From NCBI GenBank assembly GCA_963835065.1, contig CAWIEK010000049.1:416001-480000 (forward strand): DNA of 64,000 nucleotides. Reading direction: 5' to 3'. Positions 27,384 through 36,187 of this stretch are shown here, in pieces (within the stretch, counting starts at the first letter, position 1; each line of letters begins with the position of its first letter). Made by a program: the position numbers and the translations under genes. Below the pieces are notes generated by a model, which saw only the letters and a program-made list of their open reading frames with translations, searched no databases and was not told the origin of the DNA. The DNA is from an uncultured Chthonomonadaceae bacterium. GTDB taxonomy: Bacteria > Armatimonadota > Chthonomonadetes > Chthonomonadales > Chthonomonadaceae.

Positions 27384-27605
27384 TTAGCCGCGCGGTTTCA
27401 TGCGGCCTTTGCGCGTCAGGGCTTTGGCGAAGTTGCAGGCCATGTGCCGGCCTGCGCTGTCGGTGCAGTCGTAGCGTTTCACGATGCTTTCAATCGCCGC
27501 GTGAAAGCCTGCCGAACATTCGTCTTTGGTGAACTGGTGGCGGCGGGCGTCGTGTCCGGGCTGGAACGCGCCGGGGTTCGTTTTGCGCGTGGTCTGCATC
27601 AGCAT
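27384..27605 (-). CDS. Small hypothetical protein
   Basis: AAGGA SD; 73 aa. Confidence 0.5.
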   Translation of the reverse strand: MLMQTTRKTNPGAFQPGHDARRHQFTKDECSAGFHAAIESIVKRYDCTDSAGRHMACNFAKALTRKGRMKPRG

Positions 27606-27715
27606 TGCTTTGGTTCCTTATCGGGTAGAATCGGAACCGGGAGGGCTGGTCAAGTTTTCCCGGTTCCGGGCTTAGGGAGTGTTGACGCACTTCCTAAGCC
27701 CTTCCTTGTTGGTGG

Positions 27716-28384
27716 TTACAGCGTCACCTTGTCGGCGGGCTGTAAGTCCAGACGGTTGCACAGTTCTTTGCCCCAGTATTCGCCAATGACGAGCAGGGCG
27801 GTTTCCAGTTGGCACACGCGCCTATCGCGGCTATCCTTCACGCCGATTTTGTACACGGATGCGAGTTCGCGGGCGGCTTCCAAGTCCTTGACCATGCGAA
27901 CCTGCAAGGCTTCCAGAAGGGCGCGAACCGTCAACACCGTTTCGTCCGGTTCCGGTACGGCGTAGGGCGCGGGCAGGAGACATTCGGGAACGCCTGTCAG
28001 CAAACGTTCGCGTTCGCCGTCCCACTCTTTGCAGTAGGCGTCAAGGGCGGATACTTCTTCTTCAACGGTCAACGTCAACGCCTGCTGCGCGTGTTCGGCC
28101 TGCAAGCGCAGTTCTTCTTTCACCCACAGGATATGCTTGCAAATGTCCCGATGCTTCTGCCAATCTTCACAGGTGCAGCAGGCGGCTTCCACGTTGACCG
28201 TATGAAAGCGATGTTCGGGCGTGTTCACATGGTAGGTATCCGGGAGCGGCGCGTCTTTCAGCGTTGCAACCTCAAAGGTATAGCCCTGCGCGGTCAACTG
28301 CTGCGCTTTTTCCCAACAGCGCGCCAACCTTACAGCCTGCTGCGCGTTGCGCGGTTTGTCGGTGTGCGTGAGTGTGTTCGTCAT
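27716..28384 (-). CDS. SWIM zinc-finger protein
   Basis: CTCEDWQKHRDICKH fits CxC-x(n)-CxH. Confidence 0.75.
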   Translation of the reverse strand: MTNTLTHTDKPRNAQQAVRLARCWEKAQQLTAQGYTFEVATLKDAPLPDTYHVNTPEHRFHTVNVEAACCTCEDWQKHRDICKHILWVKEELRLQAEHAQQALTLTVEEEVSALDAYCKEWDGERERLLTGVPECLLPAPYAVPEPDETVLTVRALLEALQVRMVKDLEAARELASVYKIGVKDSRDRRVCQLETALLVIGEYWGKELCNRLDLQPADKVTL

Positions 28385-28692
28385 TGTCGTATCCTTTCGG
28401 GTAGTAGAGTGTGCGTCTTCAGAACGTGCGTTGCGTCATGGCGGCTCTTTCACTTCCCGGCGTTCCTGCTTGATAACAGGTCGAGACTTTAACATCATTC
28501 GGGAAGTCTCTGTATGAAGTTTGTCTGCATCGTTCTTATGTCTCTATTATACACCTATTACGCACCTATAACCAGTAGACAAACAGGTAGACACGAAAAC
28601 TTTCTTGACTTTTTTACACCTATCTGCTATCATTTACACTATAATCAGGTGTGCAACGTCTCACATTTAGGTATCTGATAGGAGTGTGAACT

Positions 28693-28881
28693 ATGCTGAA
28701 AGAGAATGATCCGCGTTACGCTACACATTTCGCTATGTCGCTGCGTCTCAAACCGGGAACGGGGCAACTGCTGGAAGATATGGCGAAGCAAATGGATACC
28801 AGCAAGACGGCGGTTATCACGCGCGCCCTGCGAGAACTGGCACGGCGGGAAGGTATCGAAGTGAAGGAGGAAACGGCATGA
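28693..28881 (+). CDS. Ribbon-helix-helix (CopG-like) regulator
   Basis: MSLRL...LLEDMAKQMDTSKTAVITRAL; AGGAG SD; divergent from the leftward operon. Confidence 0.8.
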   Translation: MLKENDPRYATHFAMSLRLKPGTGQLLEDMAKQMDTSKTAVITRALRELARREGIEVKEETA

Positions 28882-29102
28882 GTGATAAAGACTTCATCGA
28901 ACAGGTACGCCGCAGGGCGATTGACGTAGCCGCCCTGATCGGCGCAAAGCAGTACGACGCGGCAGGCATTGCGGCCTTGACGCTTGCCAGTGACGCCGCC
29001 GCGCACAATGGACAGTACGCCATGCGGCAGGAACAGGCACACAGCGACGCCTACAAGCTGAACACGCTCACCGTACACCTTGACGCCGCCGCGCCGGAGT
29101 AA
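28878..29102 (+). CDS. Small hypothetical protein coupled to the RHH gene
   Basis: ATGA overlap; AGGAGG SD. Confidence 0.55.
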   Translation: MSDKDFIEQVRRRAIDVAALIGAKQYDAAGIAALTLASDAAAHNGQYAMRQEQAHSDAYKLNTLTVHLDAAAPE

Positions 29103-29541
29103 GAACGCAACGCCTGATTAGCCACGCCACGCCGCAAACGCGCTGTACGGGCCACGTGAAGTCACGGCGATGCCTTCGCGTGGGGAATGTCTGATATTAT
29201 CCGAGGGGGTGTCTTCTGCCGAAGCCGAACCCTCCCGAACACCAGAACACAAAAAAAGACGCCGGAACAATATTGTGCGGGCAGACGCACAATCGTTTGG
29301 GGTATCGCAACTGATTACTGTTCCCCTGCTGGTTTGGCCTGTTTGCTTGTGGGAGTACGTAGGAGTGTGTAGAGGCAGGGGAGAAGTCTCATCGTTCCCC
29401 TGTTTCCCAACACGGTGTAAAGACGGCAAGGCTGTCACTCATACGGCGGACGCAACAATGAGAAGATGACTGTGGAATGTCCAAACTGTGGCTACTTCTT
29501 GCAGCCGTAAACCATTGACAAGAACGCAAAGGTGTTGTCAC

Positions 29542-30021
29542 ATGCAATCAGCAAATAAGTTCTTTCCTGTTCTCATAACGGGTATGTTGACGGTCATTGC
29601 GTACTGTCTCTGGCAGTTAGCCTTGCCGCAAGACGTGACGGTTAGCAACCTTCTGGCCGACCCGCTTCGCTACAATGGCAAAAAGGTGCATCTAAAAGCC
29701 TATGTTGTTGCTAGTACGGGAGTTTCGACCATTGCGCTTATAAGCGATCAGAACACAGGCGTTACGGATAACATCGCCATTGTTCCCACACTGCCCGGCT
29801 TTGATTGGATCAAGCGCCCGTATGTAGACCTGACAGGAACCTTCAATGCAGAATCGAAGATACTCCATTTGACAGATGGACGTGTTCTTCAACCCCAAAC
29901 CGTACCTGACCCACCAGCACCTACAGTGCGCGCGCCTTTTGGTTCTGGAACATTTGACGATTTGCCGAAGCATCATTTGGATCAAACCCTACCCATTTAC
30001 ACCACCATTCCTCATCGATAA
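29542..30021 (+). CDS. Membrane-anchored OB-fold-like protein
   Basis: N-terminal TM; TVSNLLADPLRYNGKKVHL motif. Confidence 0.6.
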   Translation: MQSANKFFPVLITGMLTVIAYCLWQLALPQDVTVSNLLADPLRYNGKKVHLKAYVVASTGVSTIALISDQNTGVTDNIAIVPTLPGFDWIKRPYVDLTGTFNAESKILHLTDGRVLQPQTVPDPPAPTVRAPFGSGTFDDLPKHHLDQTLPIYTTIPHR

Positions 30022-30442
30022 AGAAGCCGTGTACGCGGTCTGTAGGGCGGATTGTTCACATTCGGGGCTATCGTTCGTCTCCGTGACTCTGAGCGGCCTT
30101 TACGGGGCATGGACAGGGCAGGGTAGAGAAACGTCGGCGTACATACGTGCAGGAACAAACGTTCAGGCTTGCGGAGGTGGGGCGGAAGCGTTACAATAGC
30201 CTACACCCGAACCACGGATAGGAGGAGTTTGGCATGGCAATGCGGAATGAAGATCGGCAAGCGTGGCAAGCCGCCTTTGCGCTGGCCTTGCGCCTGACAC
30301 GAAAGGAACCAGCGTCTGTCTGTGCAGGGAACGCACCTGCCGAAGCCGTAGAAGCCGCGCCGCTGCAACCGCCCCAGACGCACCACCGGGAGAATTCGGA
30401 CTAGTCCGGGTTTTGCCAGGTAAAGCCATAGGAAGTAACAGA

Positions 30443-30484
30443 CAACAGCCACAGGCCGCACGTTCGCGGTTCCTGTGGCTGTTG
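30443..30484. terminator. Strong hairpin downstream of the PEP-CTERM gene
   Basis: CAACAGCCACAGG/CCTGTGGCTGTTG with inner CCGC/GCGG. Confidence 0.6.
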
Positions 30485-30520
30485 AACTGTGCAGTCTATT
30501 CCCTGCCGTGTGCGTGACTC

Positions 30521-31138
30521 TCAGGCGGCAATACGCGCCTGTTTGGGACGGCGCAGGAAGGCGGCTCCGGTGAGGCTCAGGCCGGTGAGGAGGGCGAGTG
30601 AGCCGGGTTCGGGCACGGCGGCAGGGGTGGTGGAGGAGAACGTCAGGTTAGATTCGATGAAGAAGGTCACGTTACCAAACGAGGTTGTGAAGGTTGATGA
30701 TGATGAAAAAAGCAGGGCTACCGAACTTTGCGGAGCCGTCAACGTGAGCGGCCCCGCCGTCGGTGTAATTCCAAGCACACTGACCACTGTAGTGGGGTCG
30801 GAGAAGCCGGCACTCGCAACAGTGCCTCCCAAATTGTCTATTGCTGCGCCGAAGTTCGCGACGGTACCGGAGTTGCTTCCGAGGACAAGGTTGACCGTAC
30901 CCGCAAAATTGAACTGAAAGCCGAAACCCGTGGTCACGCCGGAAATGGGAGCCGTTTCCGTGAAGGTGAAGGTCTGGTTGTTGAATGGCGTCACTGATAC
31001 GCCAGGCACAAAAACTACGCCTGACGCCGTGCCACTCAGCACATAGGTTAGGTTTTGAGCGTGGGCGGCGTTGGGCGCGGCAAGGCAGGCAAGCGCGGCC
31101 AGAGCAAGGGTGTGACGAACGAGAAAACGGGTGTGCAT
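30521..31138 (-). CDS. PEP-CTERM sorting-domain protein
   Basis: Signal peptide ending AHA; C-terminal VPEPGSLALLTGLSLTGAAFLRRPK. Confidence 0.92.
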   Translation of the reverse strand: MHTRFLVRHTLALAALACLAAPNAAHAQNLTYVLSGTASGVVFVPGVSVTPFNNQTFTFTETAPISGVTTGFGFQFNFAGTVNLVLGSNSGTVANFGAAIDNLGGTVASAGFSDPTTVVSVLGITPTAGPLTLTAPQSSVALLFSSSSTFTTSFGNVTFFIESNLTFSSTTPAAVPEPGSLALLTGLSLTGAAFLRRPKQARIAA

Positions 31139-31489
31139 GGGTGAATACTCTTTCTGTGGCGGCAAAGCAGGGAATTAACGGTCTGTAAAAGTGTCCTGTA
31201 AAGGATATTGCAAGATTCATGCCAAACCGCCACATTTGCACAGTTTGCCCGCTTCTTTCTGCAAAACCCCGCATTTCTCCCTTTGAGGCAACCGGAATAG
31301 ACGCTTGTGTACGCACACAAAGGAATGTACAAACATGCGGCTTGTGTCTTTCGCGGGGCAGTGGCTAGAATGGGGAGTGCTAATACACGCGACGTGGAGG
31401 GGTAGAGCCACAAAACCGTCGCTTGCCTATGTAGAGTACAAGACTGTACCGCGCACAGGCCGGACTTAAACCCCTGACGCCGTAAAATG

Positions 31490-31550
31490 CAGTGGTAGAG
31501 CGCCATGCTGAAAACGTGGACGTCGTCCGTTCAACTCGGACCTGCGGCAT
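31490..31550 (+). repeat. attR (displaced 3' part of the original tRNA-Phe)
   Basis: 61-bp copy of 16227-16287; lacks the tRNA 5' acceptor strand. Confidence 0.95.
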
Positions 31551-31632
31551 AGAACAGGTGATGAACGATGAATGATGAGTGATGAATGAAATTTTGCTCA
31601 TCGTTCATCACTCATCATTCATCATTTTTTCC

Positions 31633-31719
31633 GGGGAGGTGGCCGAGTCCGGCTGATGGCGGCGTGGTGCTAACGCGCAGTACCTTCGGGTATCGCAGGT
31701 TCAAATCCTGTCCTCTCCT
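31633..31719 (+). tRNA. tRNA-Ser(GCT)
   Basis: Acceptor GGGGAGG/CCTCTCC; GCGTG-GT GCT AA-CGCGC; long variable arm TACC-TTCG-GGTA; atypical G32 and U73. Confidence 0.88.
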
Positions 31720-31793
31720 TTTGCATTAGTGAAAGTGGAGAGTGAGAGTAGATGCGGATTGGCCTCTCACTCTCACTCTCCACTCTCACTTGA

Positions 31794-32960
31794 TTACCTC
31801 TTCAATCGTCCTACCGCGCTGCTGCGCTGTGAGCGCAAACGTTGGGCGGTAATCCCCATCCCCAGGTCTTGCAGCGGTTCCACGAACTCTTCATACGGCA
31901 GTAACAGAGTTATCATAAGACCGAGCCAGGCGCCGAGCCAGGCTGCGCCTTCCACTCGGCCCCACGCCCCGCCACTGTCATGCAGCGAGATCAGAAACGC
32001 AAAGGCTGCCGTCCATCCGCCAAAAAGACCGCCCGCAAGCGCCAACACAAACGGCAGATTGGGCATACGGCGCGAGATGAGCCAACCGAAGACGCCTCCC
32101 AATACCAGCCACCCCACGTAGCGCCCAAACTCTATGGAAACAAAGGGCACATACGCCGACAGCAGGCTGAAAAGCAACTGGCCGCTCATGCCCGCCAGCA
32201 AGCCGAATAACGCGCCCCATCCGAGTAATCGCCAGAGCGCGGCAGGTGTCAGCAAACGCTTTTTATAGTAGCGGCGGAAGAACAGGAATTGTCCCATCCC
32301 CACCGCGCCTGTAAACAGCAAGGCCAGCAGCGCCATCCAGATTCCGGTAATCAAGGCCGCGCGCAATAGTGCCGGCAGTAAACTAGTAAGGCCATAATTG
32401 TCACCGGATGTGTTGAATTCGTAGACCTTCAGAAACGACTGACCGTGCAGAGTATAGACCAGAGAACCGCGTACTTCGTGCTGTCGGCCTTTTTCCAGAA
32501 TGTTTACGGTAAAAGGCGTCGGGTCGGGGTCGTTGTTGTTGCGGAAGTGATCCACATACACCTGATACTTGCCGGGCGGGGCGCTCCCATAAGGCCACCG
32601 GATATTCTCCACGGGCTGCGTCGTCAACTTGGTGGGGTCGGAATTGCTGTCCACGTCCAGAGTGCCGCCCGAGCGCGATCTCTTGTTCTTAAAGGAAATA
32701 TGTTCGCCATACGGATCCACGCAAGACAAATCCAAATCGTTGCGGTTGTTCCACGACAGGGATATTTGCACATCGCCCGACTGCCCGCCCGCCCGTTCCA
32801 AACGCTCCGATAGTTCGCTGCGCATGATTAACACGGGCGAGGCGCGGTCATCCAGATTGGAAGCCAGATGAATGTACCGGAAAAACCATTCCAGACCGCC
32901 CGCCATCGTCAGGCAGGCCAGCGCGCCGATCAGGGCAAACAGCAGGCGAAATCGAAACAT
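31794..32960 (-). CDS. YfaP/DUF2135-like domain protein with multi-TM C-terminus
   Basis: SLSWNNRNDLDL...GGTLDVDSN...VENIRW...PGKYQVYV, followed by Gly-rich TM helices. Confidence 0.75.
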   Translation of the reverse strand: MFRFRLLFALIGALACLTMAGGLEWFFRYIHLASNLDDRASPVLIMRSELSERLERAGGQSGDVQISLSWNNRNDLDLSCVDPYGEHISFKNKRSRSGGTLDVDSNSDPTKLTTQPVENIRWPYGSAPPGKYQVYVDHFRNNNDPDPTPFTVNILEKGRQHEVRGSLVYTLHGQSFLKVYEFNTSGDNYGLTSLLPALLRAALITGIWMALLALLFTGAVGMGQFLFFRRYYKKRLLTPAALWRLLGWGALFGLLAGMSGQLLFSLLSAYVPFVSIEFGRYVGWLVLGGVFGWLISRRMPNLPFVLALAGGLFGGWTAAFAFLISLHDSGGAWGRVEGAAWLGAWLGLMITLLLPYEEFVEPLQDLGMGITAQRLRSQRSSAVGRLKR

Positions 32961-34894
32961 CAGTGTTGTGTCCGGGGATCGCGGCGGCTCCCCCCATCCC
33001 GCGGGCTGGAAGGCTGTCCAAAATCAGGAAGCGAGGAGGGATGCAGCGTGGAGCCGTTGCCGAAGGTCCAGCGATTGGAAGCCGCTTCCGCGCTTTGCGT
33101 CGGCTGCGGACGGCGCGGCAGCGGCTCGTGAACGTCAATCAATTCCTCAATGGACTGCTGCAAGCGCGCGGCCTCGCCCACCGCCGCCGCCCGCGCTTCG
33201 CGTCTTCGCGTTTGCATTCCTGCGGGGAGTTCCACATTCAGGGCGCGCGTTCGTTGCTCTTCCAGATTGTGCAGATGCAGGCGCGTTCGCGTCAGGTTTG
33301 ATTCTATTTGCTCGACGGTGTACGCATGGTGAAACGCCGTTTGCACGTCTGGCTGCGCCCGCCGCTCGTCCAGCCAGGCGCGCTGCCGATGCGTCAGCCA
33401 CGCTTCGCGCAAATGCGTTTCGTTCTCGCTCCACCCTTTCGCCGTTTTATAGCCGAGATACGGGCCGCTGATCAGCGTACCAATGACAAGATAGACGATA
33501 AGCGGCAGTTCTTCCGAAGTGGGAATAGGAGCGGCAACGGCAGGCTGCGCGTTCGCAGAGGATGTGCGCCCATTTCCTGTAGAAGTATTCGCGGCAGAAC
33601 TGGAAGAAGAACTTGCGGGAGTAGTTACGGGCGTACCTTTGAAGCGATTTTGCCGAGCGATTTGCTGCTGATGCAGTTGACGGATGCCCAATCCCTCCGC
33701 CGTCACTTCCGCCACGCCCAGGCCGAGCGCAATTACGAGCAGCACAATCGCAATGCCCATGTTGCTTTGAAAGCGGGGCACATTGGGCTTATGCGCCAAA
33801 TCCGGGTCGCGGGTTTCCAAACTGCGCGCCAATGTCGCAACAGCCGTATGGAATAATTCACCCATCAGGTACACGATTACGAAGCCAAGCGCGCCGGACA
33901 GCGCCAATTGCGGCGCGCTGTCGGAACGCTGCAAGGTATCAATGTCCAGAATACCGACGAGCGTACCCAAACACAGCGCCAGCATCATGCCCGCTACCAG
34001 CGGAGCCAGAAACTGCATGAAGAACGACAAAATTTTTGCCAGCGTATCGTTATGCCCGACCGGGCCGACGCCATACTCGCCCGCCATTTCCTGCAAGGTG
34101 GGAACCGCATCGTTGAGCGCGTCTTCCACTACCTGCGGATTGATGCGGCCAATCGGCGCGTCATTAAGCGCGTTTTCGTCCGGCTCCGGCTCGTCATTGC
34201 GGCGACGGCGCGAACGGGAAGGCGTGACGAGGGGCGCGGGCGCGGCCACTTCGCAATGCAGGCCGGCGCGGGCGGCGGACTCGGCAAAAGCGTTTTGCGC
34301 CGTCAGCAGGTTCAATTCCAGTTCCTGCCCCTGCGCATTCAGGCGAACCACGTCCGCGTCAATACGCTGGATTTCGCGCTCGGCCTGTTCCCGTATGCGG
34401 GCAAACTGTGCCTGCGCTTCCTGCTCGACGTGCGCCTGTTCTTCGGCGGTCGCTGCGGCGCGAGTCCGGTAATTCCAGCGCAGCATCCACGCGCGCTTGG
34501 GCTGCTGCGGCAGCATCTCCCCGAACTCCGCCAGCATTTCCGACGCCTGATTGTCCGCCTCGGAACTGTGCGGAAGCGGCGGCACAAACCAGTTCAACTC
34601 GTCCTGTTCCGACAGCGAACTGTTCCAGAACAGGGATGGCGACCGGACGGCTTGTGGCTCTGCATTGTTTGAATTGGTGGAAGTTGCCATGCCCCGCTCC
34701 TCCGGCAATCGCCGCGTCGGCCCATACGCGGACGCTCCCGCGCTCCCCGTTCCCGGAGACATGCGCGCGGCTTCTTCCGCGCCCACCGGCGTCAGAACCC
34801 GCGCCGCCTCTGCCCCCACGTCTAAGGGATGATGCCCATTCCCGGCCACAACCGCCATTTCCGGCAATTCGGCGTCGCGCATATTGTCATCCAT
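32960..34894 (-). CDS. Coiled-coil multi-TM membrane protein
   Basis: 644 aa, about 4 TM segments flanked by coiled coils; coupled to the downstream gene. Confidence 0.7.
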   Translation of the reverse strand: MDDNMRDAELPEMAVVAGNGHHPLDVGAEAARVLTPVGAEEAARMSPGTGSAGASAYGPTRRLPEERGMATSTNSNNAEPQAVRSPSLFWNSSLSEQDELNWFVPPLPHSSEADNQASEMLAEFGEMLPQQPKRAWMLRWNYRTRAAATAEEQAHVEQEAQAQFARIREQAEREIQRIDADVVRLNAQGQELELNLLTAQNAFAESAARAGLHCEVAAPAPLVTPSRSRRRRNDEPEPDENALNDAPIGRINPQVVEDALNDAVPTLQEMAGEYGVGPVGHNDTLAKILSFFMQFLAPLVAGMMLALCLGTLVGILDIDTLQRSDSAPQLALSGALGFVIVYLMGELFHTAVATLARSLETRDPDLAHKPNVPRFQSNMGIAIVLLVIALGLGVAEVTAEGLGIRQLHQQQIARQNRFKGTPVTTPASSSSSSAANTSTGNGRTSSANAQPAVAAPIPTSEELPLIVYLVIGTLISGPYLGYKTAKGWSENETHLREAWLTHRQRAWLDERRAQPDVQTAFHHAYTVEQIESNLTRTRLHLHNLEEQRTRALNVELPAGMQTRRREARAAAVGEAARLQQSIEELIDVHEPLPRRPQPTQSAEAASNRWTFGNGSTLHPSSLPDFGQPSSPRDGGSRRDPRTQH

Positions 34895-35023
34895 GGCGTA
34901 AATCCTCGGGAGGCATCAGGCATTAGGCATTAGGCATTAGGAAAAAGTCGTGTCCGCTACTTGTACTCCATCTGACACAACCTGCTATACTAATGCCTAA
35001 TGCCTAATGCCTAATGCCTCCTC

Positions 35024-35752
35024 CTACTTCTTCTCAATCAGCGCCCGAAACTTGTTCAGGCCGTCCAGCGCGTCGCCGTTGCTGGAAATCACCAGGCGGC
35101 TGCCTAAAATGGAACCCAAGCGGCGTTCCAGCGTGGAGCGGAAGCCGTTTTCTGTGGACGCGCCCGCGAACCAGACGGCTTTCACGTTGCTGTGGTCGGC
35201 GATCTTCTGCGCGGCCTGTTCTTCGGCCTTTTTGTTGGTGTCCGTGTCTTCGCCATCCGTGAGCAGCAGGCAGGCGACGTTTTCGCCTTTGGCTTGCGCG
35301 GCCTGAATTGCCGTTTCCATTTCGTTCAGCGCTTTGGCGGGCAGGGTTCCCTGCGCGTCCTGATGATGGGCGATGCACTGATCTTCGTCCGGCCACATAT
35401 CCTCGGATTTGCGCGGCGTTTTGTCGCTGATCTCGTGCGCGTTCACATCGAATGCCCACAACTGTATTTCCGTGCCTTTGGGCAAGGCTCCGTCAATGGT
35501 GTTGTCCAGTACGCCGAACAGTTTTTGCCGGTCGCCTTTGCCGACGCTGTTGGTCACGTCCGCCGCGACGAGCAGATGCAGTTTCGTGCCGGGGGAGCGG
35601 TTGCCAAGCAGAAAGAAAGCGGCCAGTCCTAGGACGGCGATCAGGCCGACGGCGGAAAGCGCGGCAAGGGTATCATTGGATTTGTTGCCCGATGGGTGGC
35701 GGTTATCGCGGCGAGCGTAGGGGCGACCGTTGGCATTCCGGCTGGGTGGCAT
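35024..35752 (-). CDS. Membrane-anchored vWA domain protein
   Basis: TM, then MIDAS-like DVTNS, GT and LLTDGED. Confidence 0.8.
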   Translation of the reverse strand: MPPSRNANGRPYARRDNRHPSGNKSNDTLAALSAVGLIAVLGLAAFFLLGNRSPGTKLHLLVAADVTNSVGKGDRQKLFGVLDNTIDGALPKGTEIQLWAFDVNAHEISDKTPRKSEDMWPDEDQCIAHHQDAQGTLPAKALNEMETAIQAAQAKGENVACLLLTDGEDTDTNKKAEEQAAQKIADHSNVKAVWFAGASTENGFRSTLERRLGSILGSRLVISSNGDALDGLNKFRALIEKK

Positions 35753-36187
35753 GAAAAATCTCCCAAAGTCAAATTTAGCGCCCAAAACAGGGGCGGCAAA
35801 AGGTGAAATCTAACAGGCGGCAACGGCAAAATCAGATTGGAAAGCCAACACAGGATGAATATCAGCCGTCAGCAGCGACAAGCGTGTTGTAATTGCCACA
35901 GTATAACACGTTAAGGCCATATCCGCAAGTTCAGGCCGTGTCGGACACGGTACAGACGCGCCTTGCCTTTCATTATGCAGCCTCTATTTGCCTAATACGC
36001 GCCAAAGGCAAGGCAGGGTTCTCCATTTTGTAATTTCTGCGATACCTGTTTGTTCTTATCGGAGATTTGCCGGGTATTTTGCACTTTGCAGGGAAGTTCG
36101 CGCCCGATGGCGAAACCAACATTATAATGGCGGACGTCTAAACTTGCGATTGACGGACGGCTAAACCTGTGAACAAAGGGGAACATC

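Larger units (their letters stand above)
16288..31550. mobile_element. tRNA-Phe-integrated phage-satellite/PICI-like element (15,263-bp unit)
   Basis: att direct repeats, tyrosine integrase next to attL, P4-type primase/helicase with iterons, many small ORFs. No capsid, terminase or lysis genes recognised. Confidence 0.88.

Noticed and set aside
31490..31550. Second complete tRNA-Phe
   Set aside because: It lacks the 5' acceptor strand and most of the 5' D-stem; it is attR.
16288..31550. Complete prophage or conjugative element
   Set aside because: No recognisable terminase, portal, capsid, lysis, relaxase or T4SS genes, and only 15 kb.
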